From positions 1-64,000 of the forward strand of contig JBFMGU010000006.1 in assembly GCA_040752415.1 (NCBI GenBank): a DNA stretch of 64,000 nt, read 5' to 3'. Numbering within the stretch: position 1 is the stretch's first letter; every line of letters begins with the position of its first letter. Under the pieces are notes generated by a model. It did not search any database. It had not been told where the DNA came from and was given only the letters and a program-made list of their open reading frames with translations. The translations under genes were made by a program, and so were the position numbers. Origin of the DNA: Myxococcota bacterium (GTDB lineage Bacteria > Myxococcota > JACRCW01). Shown piece after piece: positions 47,336 to 56,065 of this stretch.

Positions 47336-47845
47336 TCACCCTTGCTTGAGGGATTCCACCACGGCGGAGAGTTGGACCATGGATTCCCGCATCCCTTCTT
47401 CCATGCCCGTGGCAATGACCTGGTCCCGCACTTCCTTGGACGGATAAGTGGAACGGGACGTCATGGTGGTCCTTCCGCCGTTCTCCGTCAAAGTCACCGT
47501 CACGGTGGCGGCCGCGTCCGGGAACGGGTCGAAGATTTCGGTGTTCACCACGCGGTGCGGCGCGTCGATCTCCAGGTACTTCCCGTGGAAGCCCACGTCC
47601 ATCCCGTCGTGGGTGCGCATGGCAAAGCGCCAGCTACCGCCCACGCGGAAATCGATCTTGCATTCCGTCATCTTTCCCTTGGACGCGGGCGACCACCACT
47701 TGCTCACAAGCTCCGGCTCATTCATCGCGCGGAAAACCAGGCGCAGGGGCGCGTTGAAGCTGCGCGTGATGAGAATCTCCCGATCCGCGGGGAGCTCCAG
47801 CGTGGTGCTGTCATTGACGGAATCTTGAGCGGTTCTTGCTTGCAT
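47336..47845 (-). CDS. SRPBCC/AHSA1 domain protein
   Basis: DREILITRSFNAP..LVF.A...PEL..KWW, DFRVGGSWRF, FHGKYLEI..P.R.V.TE. Confidence 0.92.
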   Translation of the reverse strand: MQARTAQDSVNDSTTLELPADREILITRSFNAPLRLVFRAMNEPELVSKWWSPASKGKMTECKIDFRVGGSWRFAMRTHDGMDVGFHGKYLEIDAPHRVVNTEIFDPFPDAAATVTVTLTENGGRTTMTSRSTYPSKEVRDQVIATGMEEGMRESMVQLSAVVESLKQG

Positions 47846-48227
47846 GGCTTTTCCTCTCCTTGTTGTGGGTGTGCCGACCGGAGTGGCCGGACGTGGCTTT
47901 GCCGACGGCGCCCGACTCGGAGCGCTTCAGCTCCTCCAGCACCTCATCCATCTGTGTGAAGCGTTCTTCCCAGAGCTGGCGGTACCGCTCCGTCCACGCG
48001 TGCAACTCACGGATGGGCGCAGGGCGAAGCTCATACACGCGCTGCTGCGCATGCGGTTGCATGTCCACCAGGCCCGCTTCCTTGAGCACCTTCAAATGCT
48101 TGGAGACTTGCGGCTGACGGATGTTGAGCTGGTCCCCAATCTCCCCCACGGGGCGGGCTCCGCTCAGGAGCAGCTCGACAATGCGGAAGCGGTTGGGCTC
48201 GGCCAGGGCCGCGAAGGTGGCGTGCAT
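47811..48227 (-). CDS. ArsR/SmtB-family transcriptional regulator
   Basis: FAALAEPNRFRIVELL, QPQVSKHLKVLKEAGLV, QQRVYEL. Confidence 0.93.
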   Translation of the reverse strand: MHATFAALAEPNRFRIVELLLSGARPVGEIGDQLNIRQPQVSKHLKVLKEAGLVDMQPHAQQRVYELRPAPIRELHAWTERYRQLWEERFTQMDEVLEELKRSESGAVGKATSGHSGRHTHNKERKSHASKNRSRFRQ

Positions 48228-48235
48228 GGTCAATA

Positions 48236-48263
48236 TATTCTCCATTACGAATAGTCGTGTCAA
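48236..48263 (-). promoter_or_regulatory. Probable ArsR autoregulatory operator and -35 box
   Basis: AT-rich island; minus-strand TTGACA followed by the palindrome TATTC-N8-GAATA, immediately upstream of the arsR start. Confidence 0.6.
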
Positions 48264-48321
48264 GGAATATTTACGGGCAACGCCCGCCGCTGCGGAGACA
48301 GAGCAGCGCGTCGATGTTGAC

Positions 48322-48618
48322 TACGACGTGGAGGGCACCGGTCCCACGGTGTTGCTGCTGGCCGGCCTGGGCTACGGCGGCTGGTACTGGCGTCACGTAC
48401 GCGCGCGGCTGTTGCCGCACTGCTCCGTCGTCACCGTGGACAACTGCGGCTCCGACGGCTCCGAGAAGCCCGCCGGTCCCTACACCACCGCGCTGCTGGC
48501 CGAGGACCCGGCGGCGGTGCTGGACGCGCTGGGACGTTTCTCGACGACGGTGGTGGGGCGCTCGCTGGGCGGACTGATTGCGCAGGAGTTGGCCGTGGCG
48601 CCGTCGGACCTCGTCGGC
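48322..48618 (+). pseudogene. Truncated, degenerate copy of the 5' part of hydrolase 46124-46921
   Basis: 297-bp colinear match to 46160-46456; the original start and the C-terminal catalytic Asp/His are missing; DNRG->DNCG, GHSLG->GRSLG, EDA->EDP. Confidence 0.88.
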
Positions 48619-48624
48619 TGCGGC

Positions 48625-48740
48625 TCGCAGACAAGAATGTCCGCGCCACAGCTTGAGAGCCAATGGAGCTCCCGCCGACGACCCCCGTGAAGTCGCTGGG
48701 CGCCGCAAGAGGTCCGTGGCGCGGACATTTCTGCCTGCGA
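48625..48740. repeat. REP-like doublet, 25-bp arms (48625-48649 / 48716-48740)
   Basis: tcgcagacaagaatgtccgcgccac vs reverse complement of the right arm tcgcaggcagaaatgtccgcgccac (22/25). Confidence 0.8.
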
Positions 48741-48850
48741 TCCGCGGCGACGCGGCTCACCGTCAGCCTGCAGCCTCGTTGGGCGATCGTTGGACGGGGT
48801 GCGGTATCGACGAGGACTTCGATCCAGTCGTTTCTCTCCGCGCCGGCTCC

Positions 48851-49798
48851 CTACCACGCGCGCACGCCCGGAATGGGAATCCGCAGAGGCAGGGTCCTCT
48901 GGTCGAAGAGTCTGCGCGTCTCGTCGCTGACCCACTCCTGCAATGAGCCCTCGAACATCCGCGTCTCGAACCCGAGGTAACGCGAGACGAAGTACAACCA
49001 GCTCGCATCCACGCCCGTGGTGGCGTACGGCACCATCACGTTCCTCCACTCCGCACCGGCGTCGCGGAACAGCTGTCGCAGCTCCTGCGGGCTCTTGAGA
49101 TACGGCAGGTCCAGCGAGGTCACCGTGTCCTGCCAGAACACGTTCACCGCGCCGGGAATGTGGCCCGCGCGCGCCATGCCCTCGGACAGCACCGCACCCA
49201 GGTACTCGTCGGGGGAGCGCGCGTCGATGAAGCTGATGGCGGGCTCGAAGAGGCGGTCGGAGACCCAGGAGGCGTCGACCATGCGCTCCAACTGGGGCAT
49301 CACCGTCAGGTTGCCGTAGATACGCTCGGGCACGTCGGGAATGGCGGGGAGGCCCACGTCACGCCAGCCCGCCAGGCCGCCGTTGAGGATGGCCGTGCGC
49401 GCACCGTGGCCCATGAGGTCCAGCAGGAAGAACGCACGCGCCGCGGCATGGGGTGGTCCGTAAAGGATGATGCGCGCGCTGTCGTCGAGGCCCACGTAGC
49501 GGAACGCGGTCTCCAGGTCCTCGAACGCGGGGAAGCGTGGCAGCTGTCCCTCCACGGGGCGCATCAACGCCTCGAGAGAGAGGAAGCGCGCGCCGGGGAT
49601 GTGCTCCTCGCGGTAGCTCGAGATGTCCTCGCCCACCTCGATGATCTTGACCGCGGGGTTCTCCAGGTTGTCGCGCAGCCAGTCCGCGCCGACGAGCAGG
49701 TCACCCTGCACCGGGGGCGGACGCGCCTGCATGACGTCGCCACACGCGGCGGACAGGAAGAACAGACAACCAGCGGAAAGTGCCTTGAGCCGTATCAT
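48851..49798 (-). CDS. Tandem-domain rhodanese/sulfurtransferase-like lipoprotein with Ala at the catalytic Cys position
   Basis: FLSAAC lipobox; HIPGARF, LNGGL.GW, IDARSPDEY.G, GHIPGAVN, FEGSLQEW; the loop reads YATTGV. Confidence 0.88.
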   Translation of the reverse strand: MIRLKALSAGCLFFLSAACGDVMQARPPPVQGDLLVGADWLRDNLENPAVKIIEVGEDISSYREEHIPGARFLSLEALMRPVEGQLPRFPAFEDLETAFRYVGLDDSARIILYGPPHAAARAFFLLDLMGHGARTAILNGGLAGWRDVGLPAIPDVPERIYGNLTVMPQLERMVDASWVSDRLFEPAISFIDARSPDEYLGAVLSEGMARAGHIPGAVNVFWQDTVTSLDLPYLKSPQELRQLFRDAGAEWRNVMVPYATTGVDASWLYFVSRYLGFETRMFEGSLQEWVSDETRRLFDQRTLPLRIPIPGVRAW

Positions 49799-49935
49799 GA
49801 TGCCCTCGCCATCACGGGCGGCGGACCAGGTACGGTGATGAGCACACGGCAGCCGCCGCGCCCTGAGTGGGGATGTAGCCCCCGCTCCCCCGGCGGCAAC
49901 AGCAGCGTGTCCGTGTCAGCGACGGAGCAGCGAGC

Positions 49936-51921
49936 TCACATGGCCTCGGGCGCGCGCACGCCCAGCAGCGCCAGGCCGCGCGCCAGCGTGTTGCGCACCG
50001 CGTCCATGAGGTGCAGGCGCGCGGCGCGCACGGGGTCGTTGGGATCCTCCAGCAGCACGCGCTTGCTGCGGTCCTGGTTGCCGCTGGTGAGGTAGCTGGC
50101 GGTGGCCTGCGCAATGTCCATGATGGCGCGCGTCACCAACGAGGGCTCGAACGACTCACACGCCTCCGCCACCACGTCGGGGAAACTGGCCAGCGCCAGG
50201 ATCACCGCGCGCTCCTCCTCCAGCTTCAGCAGCGCCGTGTCCGCCGTGGCCGGAACGCCGCCACCCTTCTTGATGATGCTGCAGGCGCGCGCGTGGCTGA
50301 ACTGGATGTACGGCCCGGAGAAGCCGTCAAAGTTGATGGCCTCCTCCAGCTTGAAGGTGTAGTCGCTCATGCGGAGGTTGCGCAGGTCACCAAACACCAC
50401 CGCGCCCACGCCAATGGCCTCCACCGTCTCGTCGAGGTGGGAGCGGTCGATCTTCTCGGAGGCCTCGCAGATCTCGCGCGCCTTCTGCACCGCCTCGTCC
50501 AGCACCTCGTCCAGGAACACCACGTTGCCGCGGCGCGTGCTCATGCCGTGCACCCGGCCAAAGGCAATGTGCGAGATGCGCTCCGCCCAGGGGAAGCCCA
50601 TGGCGCCCAGCGTGCGCTTGAGCTGGTCAAAGTGCAGCGACTGGTCCGCCGCCACGACGTACAGCGAGCGGTCGAAGTTGAAACGCTGGTGGCGGTCCAT
50701 GGCCGCGGCGATGTCGCGCGTGACGTAGAGCGTGGTGCCGTCGCGGGTCTTGAGGATGACCGGCGGCTCGCCCTCCTTGTACGGGAGGTCCACCACGGTG
50801 GCGCCTTCGCTGATGCGGGTGCCGGGCTTCTCCGCCACGCGCTTGACGGTGTCCTCCAGCACGTGGGTGTAGAAGCTCTCACCTTCCAGCGCGTGGAACT
50901 GGATGCCCATGCGCTTGTACACGCGCTCGAACTCCGCCACCGACGTCTCGCGGTACTCCTTCCACTCGGCCAGCGCCTCCTTCTCACCCTCTTCGAGACG
51001 CTTGAGGAACAGGCGCGCCTCGCGGTCGCGCGCTTCCGCCTCGGGCAGCTCCGCTTCCGCCTTCTTCTTCTCGGCGTCCAGCTCGGCGTACCAGGCCTCC
51101 AGGCCCGTCAGCGGGTCCCCGCTCTCCATTCCCCGACGGGCGCGCAGCTTCTTCTCCAGGCCCTTCACCTTCCCTTCGGCACTCTTCTTGGCCTTGGGGT
51201 CGGTGGCCTTCTCCGCTTCCGCGCGCGCGGCGGTCAGCTCCGCCACCTGCTTGCGGACCTCCTCGGGCGCGGCAATGGCGGCCTTGCGACCTTCCACGTC
51301 GGCGTCGCGGTTGGCCTTCACGTACACCTCAACCAGGTGCTTGGCATCCGCGCGCCGCTTGGGGTCTCCGTAGCGACGGAAACCGGTGGCGAGCAGACCA
51401 AACTGCTTGCCCCAGTCGCCCAGGTAGTTGATGCCCACCACCTTCCATCCCTGCGCCGCGTGCAGGCGACCAATGGCCGCGCCAATCACCGTCGAGCGGA
51501 TGTGGTGGAAGGCCAGCGGCTTGGCGATGTTGGGCGAGGAGAAATCGATCACCACCGTGCGACCACGTCCCGCCTCGGAGGTGCCGTAGTCGCCCTTGCG
51601 CGCCTCGGTGAGGACGGCGCCGGCCAGCGCGGCGGGAGCAATGTGCACGTTGACGTAGGGGCCCACCGCCTCCACGCGCGCCCAGCGTGCATCCTTGCCC
51701 GCCGCGTCGGCAACGCGCTTGGCCAGCTCGGGGGGCTGCAGCTTCAGCCGACGGGCGAGGTCGAACGCGGGCAACGCGAGGTCACCGCGGCCCGCCTCGG
51801 GGATGCGGATCTGCTTGAGGAGCGCCTCCAGCGCGGAGGCCTTGTCTGCGTCGGGAATGCCGGCCACGTCCACGGCGGTGCTGGCCAGGGCGTGACGGAA
51901 GGATGCCAGGGGAGATGCCAT
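49936..51921 (-). CDS. argS: Arginine--tRNA ligase
   Basis: GPYVN, IDFSSPNIAKP, HIRST.IG, NYLGDWGKQFG, GESFY, DGTTLYVTRDIAAA, MSTRRG, GPYIQFSHAR, L.LLGV.APE.M. Confidence 0.97.
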   Translation of the reverse strand: MASPLASFRHALASTAVDVAGIPDADKASALEALLKQIRIPEAGRGDLALPAFDLARRLKLQPPELAKRVADAAGKDARWARVEAVGPYVNVHIAPAALAGAVLTEARKGDYGTSEAGRGRTVVIDFSSPNIAKPLAFHHIRSTVIGAAIGRLHAAQGWKVVGINYLGDWGKQFGLLATGFRRYGDPKRRADAKHLVEVYVKANRDADVEGRKAAIAAPEEVRKQVAELTAARAEAEKATDPKAKKSAEGKVKGLEKKLRARRGMESGDPLTGLEAWYAELDAEKKKAEAELPEAEARDREARLFLKRLEEGEKEALAEWKEYRETSVAEFERVYKRMGIQFHALEGESFYTHVLEDTVKRVAEKPGTRISEGATVVDLPYKEGEPPVILKTRDGTTLYVTRDIAAAMDRHQRFNFDRSLYVVAADQSLHFDQLKRTLGAMGFPWAERISHIAFGRVHGMSTRRGNVVFLDEVLDEAVQKAREICEASEKIDRSHLDETVEAIGVGAVVFGDLRNLRMSDYTFKLEEAINFDGFSGPYIQFSHARACSIIKKGGGVPATADTALLKLEEERAVILALASFPDVVAEACESFEPSLVTRAIMDIAQATASYLTSGNQDRSKRVLLEDPNDPVRAARLHLMDAVRNTLARGLALLGVRAPEAM

Positions 51922-51996
51922 GATGCGGGGCAAGTAGAGGACAGCGGACGGTTTGGCAACGGGCTGGCGACGTCCCGGGGCCCGCTCGGCCGTGCG

Positions 51997-52542
51997 TCAC
52001 CTCCGCGCCGCGGCAAGCGTGGCCTCCACCCACGACGTGACGTCGGCCAGCGCGTCCAACACCAGCATTCCCGTCGTGTTCCACGGCACCGACGTTGTTC
52101 CAGGCAGGTAGACCACCAGCGGCTTGGCGTAACGCCGTGCCAGCGCCACCTCGCTCGCGGTGCCCAGCCCGCCGGGCAGCGCCACGATGACGTCGGAGCT
52201 GAGCACGTTGATGTGGTTGCGGCTCATGGGTTCCATGCCCTGCGCGCCGCTGAGCGGGAGATGCGTGTGCAGCGCCAGCTCGACGTGCGGATGGGGATAC
52301 CCCTCCCGCGGGTGGTGGCCATGCGCATCCACCTCGCCGGGAATGACGCCCAGACACAGGCCAGCGCGCGGCGTGACGGAACAGAAACCCCGGCTCACCG
52401 ACGTCATCACGCCACAGCCACCGCCGGTCAGCAGGTGGTATCCCCGCGTGGCAATCCAGCGTCCCAGCGGCTCGGCCCAACTCGGGTGCTCGTCGGTGCC
52501 GGAGCCCATCACGCCCACCACGGGACGACGTCCGCTGCTCAT
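51997..52542 (-). CDS. LOG/SLOG-family protein (TIGR00725 / Mo-cofactor-carrier-like)
   Basis: VVGVMGSG, LLTGGG.GVM, SRNHINVLSSD, LPGGLGTASE. Confidence 0.85.
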   Translation of the reverse strand: MSSGRRPVVGVMGSGTDEHPSWAEPLGRWIATRGYHLLTGGGCGVMTSVSRGFCSVTPRAGLCLGVIPGEVDAHGHHPREGYPHPHVELALHTHLPLSGAQGMEPMSRNHINVLSSDVIVALPGGLGTASEVALARRYAKPLVVYLPGTTSVPWNTTGMLVLDALADVTSWVEATLAAARR

Positions 52543-52597
52543 GCGCGTGCTCCTCGTCGTGTGCGCATCCTGCTGCCGGACCCAACGGCGTTGCAAT

Positions 52598-53182
52598 TCA
52601 CGCCGACGTGCCGCGCGTGCTCCTGGCCCATTGCGGCGCCTGATCACCCACGCGCACCACGATGACGCAGTTGGGCGCGCCCCCGTGCATGCACTGCCGC
52701 TCCACCATGCCCACCGGCTCGTCGTAGTGGCGCGCCAGCGCGGTGATGATGCCCTTGGCCACGCCGCACATCTTCCGCGCGGAGCCGTAGGTGATGGTGA
52801 CCTCGTCGGTGCCGCTGCGGTTGCACACCAGCTCCGGCGGCGCCGCCCCCTTGTTCTCGATCTGCACCACGCGATGGATGGCCCCCTGCGTGTTCAGCAG
52901 GACGTCCAATGTCCGCCACTCCGGCTTGATGAGCCGCTGGTACTTCTTGACGAGGTTGGGACCGATGAACTCACCGAACGCCTCCAGCAGCACCGGCACC
53001 GGCTTCCCCGTCAGGCGTGACGCCGTGGTCACCAGCGCCAACGCATCCGCGTCGGGATACCGCTCCATGGGCAGGAACATCCTCCCGGACATGCCGGCGG
53101 CCTTCAGCAGCTCATCCCATGCTTTCTCGCCCAGGTTCGCGCCCACAAAGGCGCGCAGCTCGGCGAAGATGACGCCATGCAT
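52598..53182 (-). CDS. Heme NO-binding (H-NOX) domain protein
   Basis: MHGVIF, YPD, LLEAFG, proximal IH, YGSAR (YxSxR), C-terminal Cys residues (RKMC, QCM, NC). Confidence 0.88.
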   Translation of the reverse strand: MHGVIFAELRAFVGANLGEKAWDELLKAAGMSGRMFLPMERYPDADALALVTTASRLTGKPVPVLLEAFGEFIGPNLVKKYQRLIKPEWRTLDVLLNTQGAIHRVVQIENKGAAPPELVCNRSGTDEVTITYGSARKMCGVAKGIITALARHYDEPVGMVERQCMHGGAPNCVIVVRVGDQAPQWARSTRGTSA

Positions 53183-53260
53183 TGTGTGTCCCTTCAGTTC
53201 ACGTCGACGTGCGGGAGCGCCAGTCAAACCCGGCACAGCGCGTCCCAACCAGCGTTGGCG

Positions 53261-54325
53261 TCATCGACCGGTGGTGCCGCGCAGCCGCCGCTCCAGGGGA
53301 TGTTCCACCACGACGTGGAGCAGCCACGCCGCCACCACCGACGCGCCCACCATGGCCAGCGCCACACCCAGCTGGTGCGGAAGCGGCAACACGCCGAGCG
53401 GTCCCCACCAAGCATGGAACACCTGCGCCAGGGGCAGGATCACCAGCTGCACGTGCACCAGGTAGAACGCGTAGGACCACATCCCCAGTTTCACCATCAC
53501 CCTCGACGTGCGGGGCGCCTCCGCGTCCAGGTTCTCCTGCGCCACCGCGGCAATGAGCAGGGCGTACGGCACCAAGGTCACCGACGCGTAGCGGAACGAC
53601 TCCGGCACCACGCCCGCCACCAGGTACGCCAACACCGCCAGCACCAGCGCCACCGGCGCGCGCACCGGCGCCCGCGTTCCTTGCAGCATCTCCACCGCCA
53701 CCAGCGCGCCGAGGAGGAACTCCGGGAGCCGGCCGAGGGGAAGGATGTAGACCAGCCACTGGCTCGTCGAGAAACCCTCCACGGGATGACACGCCCAGGC
53801 CAGCGCCACGGTGATAACGACCAGGAACACCATCAACGCGCGGCGCGGTGTCGTCGGGAGCGTGGTGAGGCGCGGCAGGATGAACGGGAACACCGCGTAG
53901 AAGAAGGCTTCACAGCTCAGGGACCAGGAGACGTTGTTGACGGCGTAGTAGACGCTGGGCTGCGGCACCCAGGCCTGCACCAGCACCAACGACGGATACA
54001 CAATCCACGGCAACGCCCCCACGTGGTAGACCAACCGCCCCGCCGCGATGAGCCAGGTGACGAGGTGCGCGGGATACACCCGGGCGAAGCGGCGCCGCCA
54101 GAAACGCCGCGGCGTGTCGTCGGACGGGTGCGACCAGGCGAGCACGAAGCCGCTGAGGATGAAGAAGAACGAGACGCCGGTCAGGCCCTGCCGCAGGAAC
54201 GGCGCGAATTCACCGCTGAGGATGCCGTAGGCCTGCAGGTGGAACCCCGCTACCAGCAACGCGGCCCAGAAGCGCAGACCGGTCAGCGACTCCAGCCGTC
54301 GTCGTCGCTGCGGCGCGGGCTCCAT
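53261..54325 (-). CDS. Acyltransferase 3 (OafA-like membrane O-acyltransferase)
   Basis: LTGLRFWAA..V..FH, GVSFFFILSGFVL, RRFARVYP, WSLSCEAFFY, SYAFYLVH, VEHP. Confidence 0.93.
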   Translation of the reverse strand: MEPAPQRRRRLESLTGLRFWAALLVAGFHLQAYGILSGEFAPFLRQGLTGVSFFFILSGFVLAWSHPSDDTPRRFWRRRFARVYPAHLVTWLIAAGRLVYHVGALPWIVYPSLVLVQAWVPQPSVYYAVNNVSWSLSCEAFFYAVFPFILPRLTTLPTTPRRALMVFLVVITVALAWACHPVEGFSTSQWLVYILPLGRLPEFLLGALVAVEMLQGTRAPVRAPVALVLAVLAYLVAGVVPESFRYASVTLVPYALLIAAVAQENLDAEAPRTSRVMVKLGMWSYAFYLVHVQLVILPLAQVFHAWWGPLGVLPLPHQLGVALAMVGASVVAAWLLHVVVEHPLERRLRGTTGR

Positions 54326-54404
54326 GGAAACTGTGTACCGACGGGCGGAAGGCGGCGTCAAACCGCGCTTGACCCCGCGACACCCGTGCACGATGGGTCC
54401 ACGC

Positions 54405-55280
54405 ATGGAGAAGCGGCCTCTGGGTGCAACGGGGATGCAGGTCTCGGTGCTGGGCCTGGGCGCGGGTCACGTGGGCGGCGCGGAGCTGTCCGAGGACCAC
54501 GTGGGCTGGCTGCTCAACGCCGCGTTGGACCTGGGCGTCAACCTCGTCGACACCGCGCGCGGCTACGGGCTCTCGGAAGAGCGCATCGGGCGTCACCTGG
54601 CGTGGCGACGACGTGATTTCGTGCTGGTGAGCAAGTGCGGCTACGGCGTGGAGGGGGTGGCGGACTGGACGCCGGAGTGCATCCGCGTCGGCGTGGACCA
54701 GGCGCTGCGTCGCATGCGCACCGACCACATCGACGTCATGATGCTGCACTCCTGCCCGCGCGCCACGTTGGAGCAACCGGGGCTGCTGGACGCGCTGGAC
54801 GACGCGGTGCGCGCCGGCAAGGTCCGCCACGCGGGGTACTCCGGCGAGAACGAGGACCTGGCCTACGCGATCTTGACGGGGTGTTTCACGGTGTTCGAGA
54901 CGTCGGTGAATGTGTTTGACCAGCGTGGCCTGTGGGAGCTGGTTCCGCGCATGGGCGCCGCGGGGGTCATTGCGAAGCGGCCGGCGGGGAATGCGCCGTG
55001 GCGTTTCGTCGAGCGGCCCCACGGGCATTACGGCGAGGTGTACTGGGAGCGCATGGTGCAGTTGGGGCTGCGGCCTGGTCCGCTGTCCTGGACGGAATAC
55101 GCGTTGCGGTTTGCCGCGCATGCGCCGGGAGTGCACTGCGCCATCGTCGGGACGTCCAGCGTGGAGCACCTGCGGGAGAACGTGCGCGCGGTGGAGGCGG
55201 GGCCGTTGTCGTCGGAGGTGTTTGCCGAGGCGCGCGCTGCGTTTGAGCGGGTGGGGAGAGATTGGCGGGGGCAGGTGTGA
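54405..55280 (+). CDS. Aldo/keto reductase
   Basis: LG.TGMQVSVLGLG, DTARGYG.SE..IG, SKCG, LRRMRTDHID...LH, GKVR..GYS. Confidence 0.93.
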   Translation: MEKRPLGATGMQVSVLGLGAGHVGGAELSEDHVGWLLNAALDLGVNLVDTARGYGLSEERIGRHLAWRRRDFVLVSKCGYGVEGVADWTPECIRVGVDQALRRMRTDHIDVMMLHSCPRATLEQPGLLDALDDAVRAGKVRHAGYSGENEDLAYAILTGCFTVFETSVNVFDQRGLWELVPRMGAAGVIAKRPAGNAPWRFVERPHGHYGEVYWERMVQLGLRPGPLSWTEYALRFAAHAPGVHCAIVGTSSVEHLRENVRAVEAGPLSSEVFAEARAAFERVGRDWRGQV

Positions 55281-55290
55281 GGTCCGGTCC

Positions 55291-55558
55291 CAGCGGCGCG
55301 CCGGCCTCCCGAGTCAGGGCGTGAGCGTGGGCCGGCTCTCGGACTGCGGCATGAAGTGCCGCTTTGCCTTGGTGCACCCATTGAGACCGGGGTCGTCATG
55401 CGGCCGAGCGAAAGCGGTACTTCATACCGCAGTCCGAGAGCCGGCCCCCGCTCACGCCCTGACTCGGGAGGCCGGCGCACCGCTGCGACCTCACGCTTGC
55501 CCTGGCCAATCACCCCCAAAGCCGGCCCACGCTCACGGATTGACTCGGAAGGCCGGCG
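55291..55558. repeat. Inverted repeat, 75-bp arms (55291-55365 / 55411-55485), plus a third partial copy (55520-55558)
   Basis: Lies between convergent genes; core ggactgcggcatgaagtgccgcttt / aaagcggtacttcataccgcagtcc. Confidence 0.9.
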
Positions 55559-55585
55559 ACGCCAAACGCACTCGTCACCAACGCC

Positions 55586-56056
55586 TCACCCCAACGCATC
55601 CATCGTCAACGCGCGAATCTCCGCCTCACCCATCCCGCGCGCCGGCCGCATCACCCCATCCACGTAGCGCCATCCCCCGCCCTCCCGTCGGAACGTGGAC
55701 CGCTCCACGAAACCCACGTCCCGCGCGCCGTCCTGCACCTGCGCCCAGAACAGCACCCGCGCCACCCCGCTCTCGTCGGGGCCATCACTCGCCAACACCA
55801 CCAGGCGCGGGTAGCGGAACCGGTTGCAGTTGCGCTTGAGCTCACGCCGCACCTCCTCGCGCGGGCGCTGCGCGTCGGGGTTGCTGCTGTGCAACGTGCG
55901 CCACAGGTGGTCCACCTGCGCCAACGCAAACGCGGCGTAGCGCGAGCGCATCAACGCCTCCGGCGTGGGCGCCTCCACCCCGTCCTTGTGGAACGGCCGA
56001 CAACACTCCGCATACCCGCGCCCCGACGAGCACGGACATTCCCGCGGCTCACCCAT
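55586..56056 (-). CDS. ychJ: YchJ/UPF0225 family protein with SEC-C motif
   Basis: CPCSSGRGYAECCRPFH, APTPEALMRSRYAAF, ERSTFRR..G.WRYVDG. Confidence 0.9.
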   Translation of the reverse strand: MGEPRECPCSSGRGYAECCRPFHKDGVEAPTPEALMRSRYAAFALAQVDHLWRTLHSSNPDAQRPREEVRRELKRNCNRFRYPRLVVLASDGPDESGVARVLFWAQVQDGARDVGFVERSTFRREGGGWRYVDGVMRPARGMGEAEIRALTMDALG

Positions 56057-56065
56057 GTTCTTGGC

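Noticed and set aside
48121..48690. 189-aa ORF as a second functional hydrolase
   Set aside because: Starts inside arsR antisense, has a mutated nucleophile motif and lacks the Asp/His half; treated as a pseudogene fragment
50011..52665. 884-aa plus-strand ORF; likewise 6466-8544, 9702-11819, 18463-20892 and minus-strand 59615-61681
   Set aside because: Antisense to clearly recognisable genes (argS etc.) and carry no domain motifs
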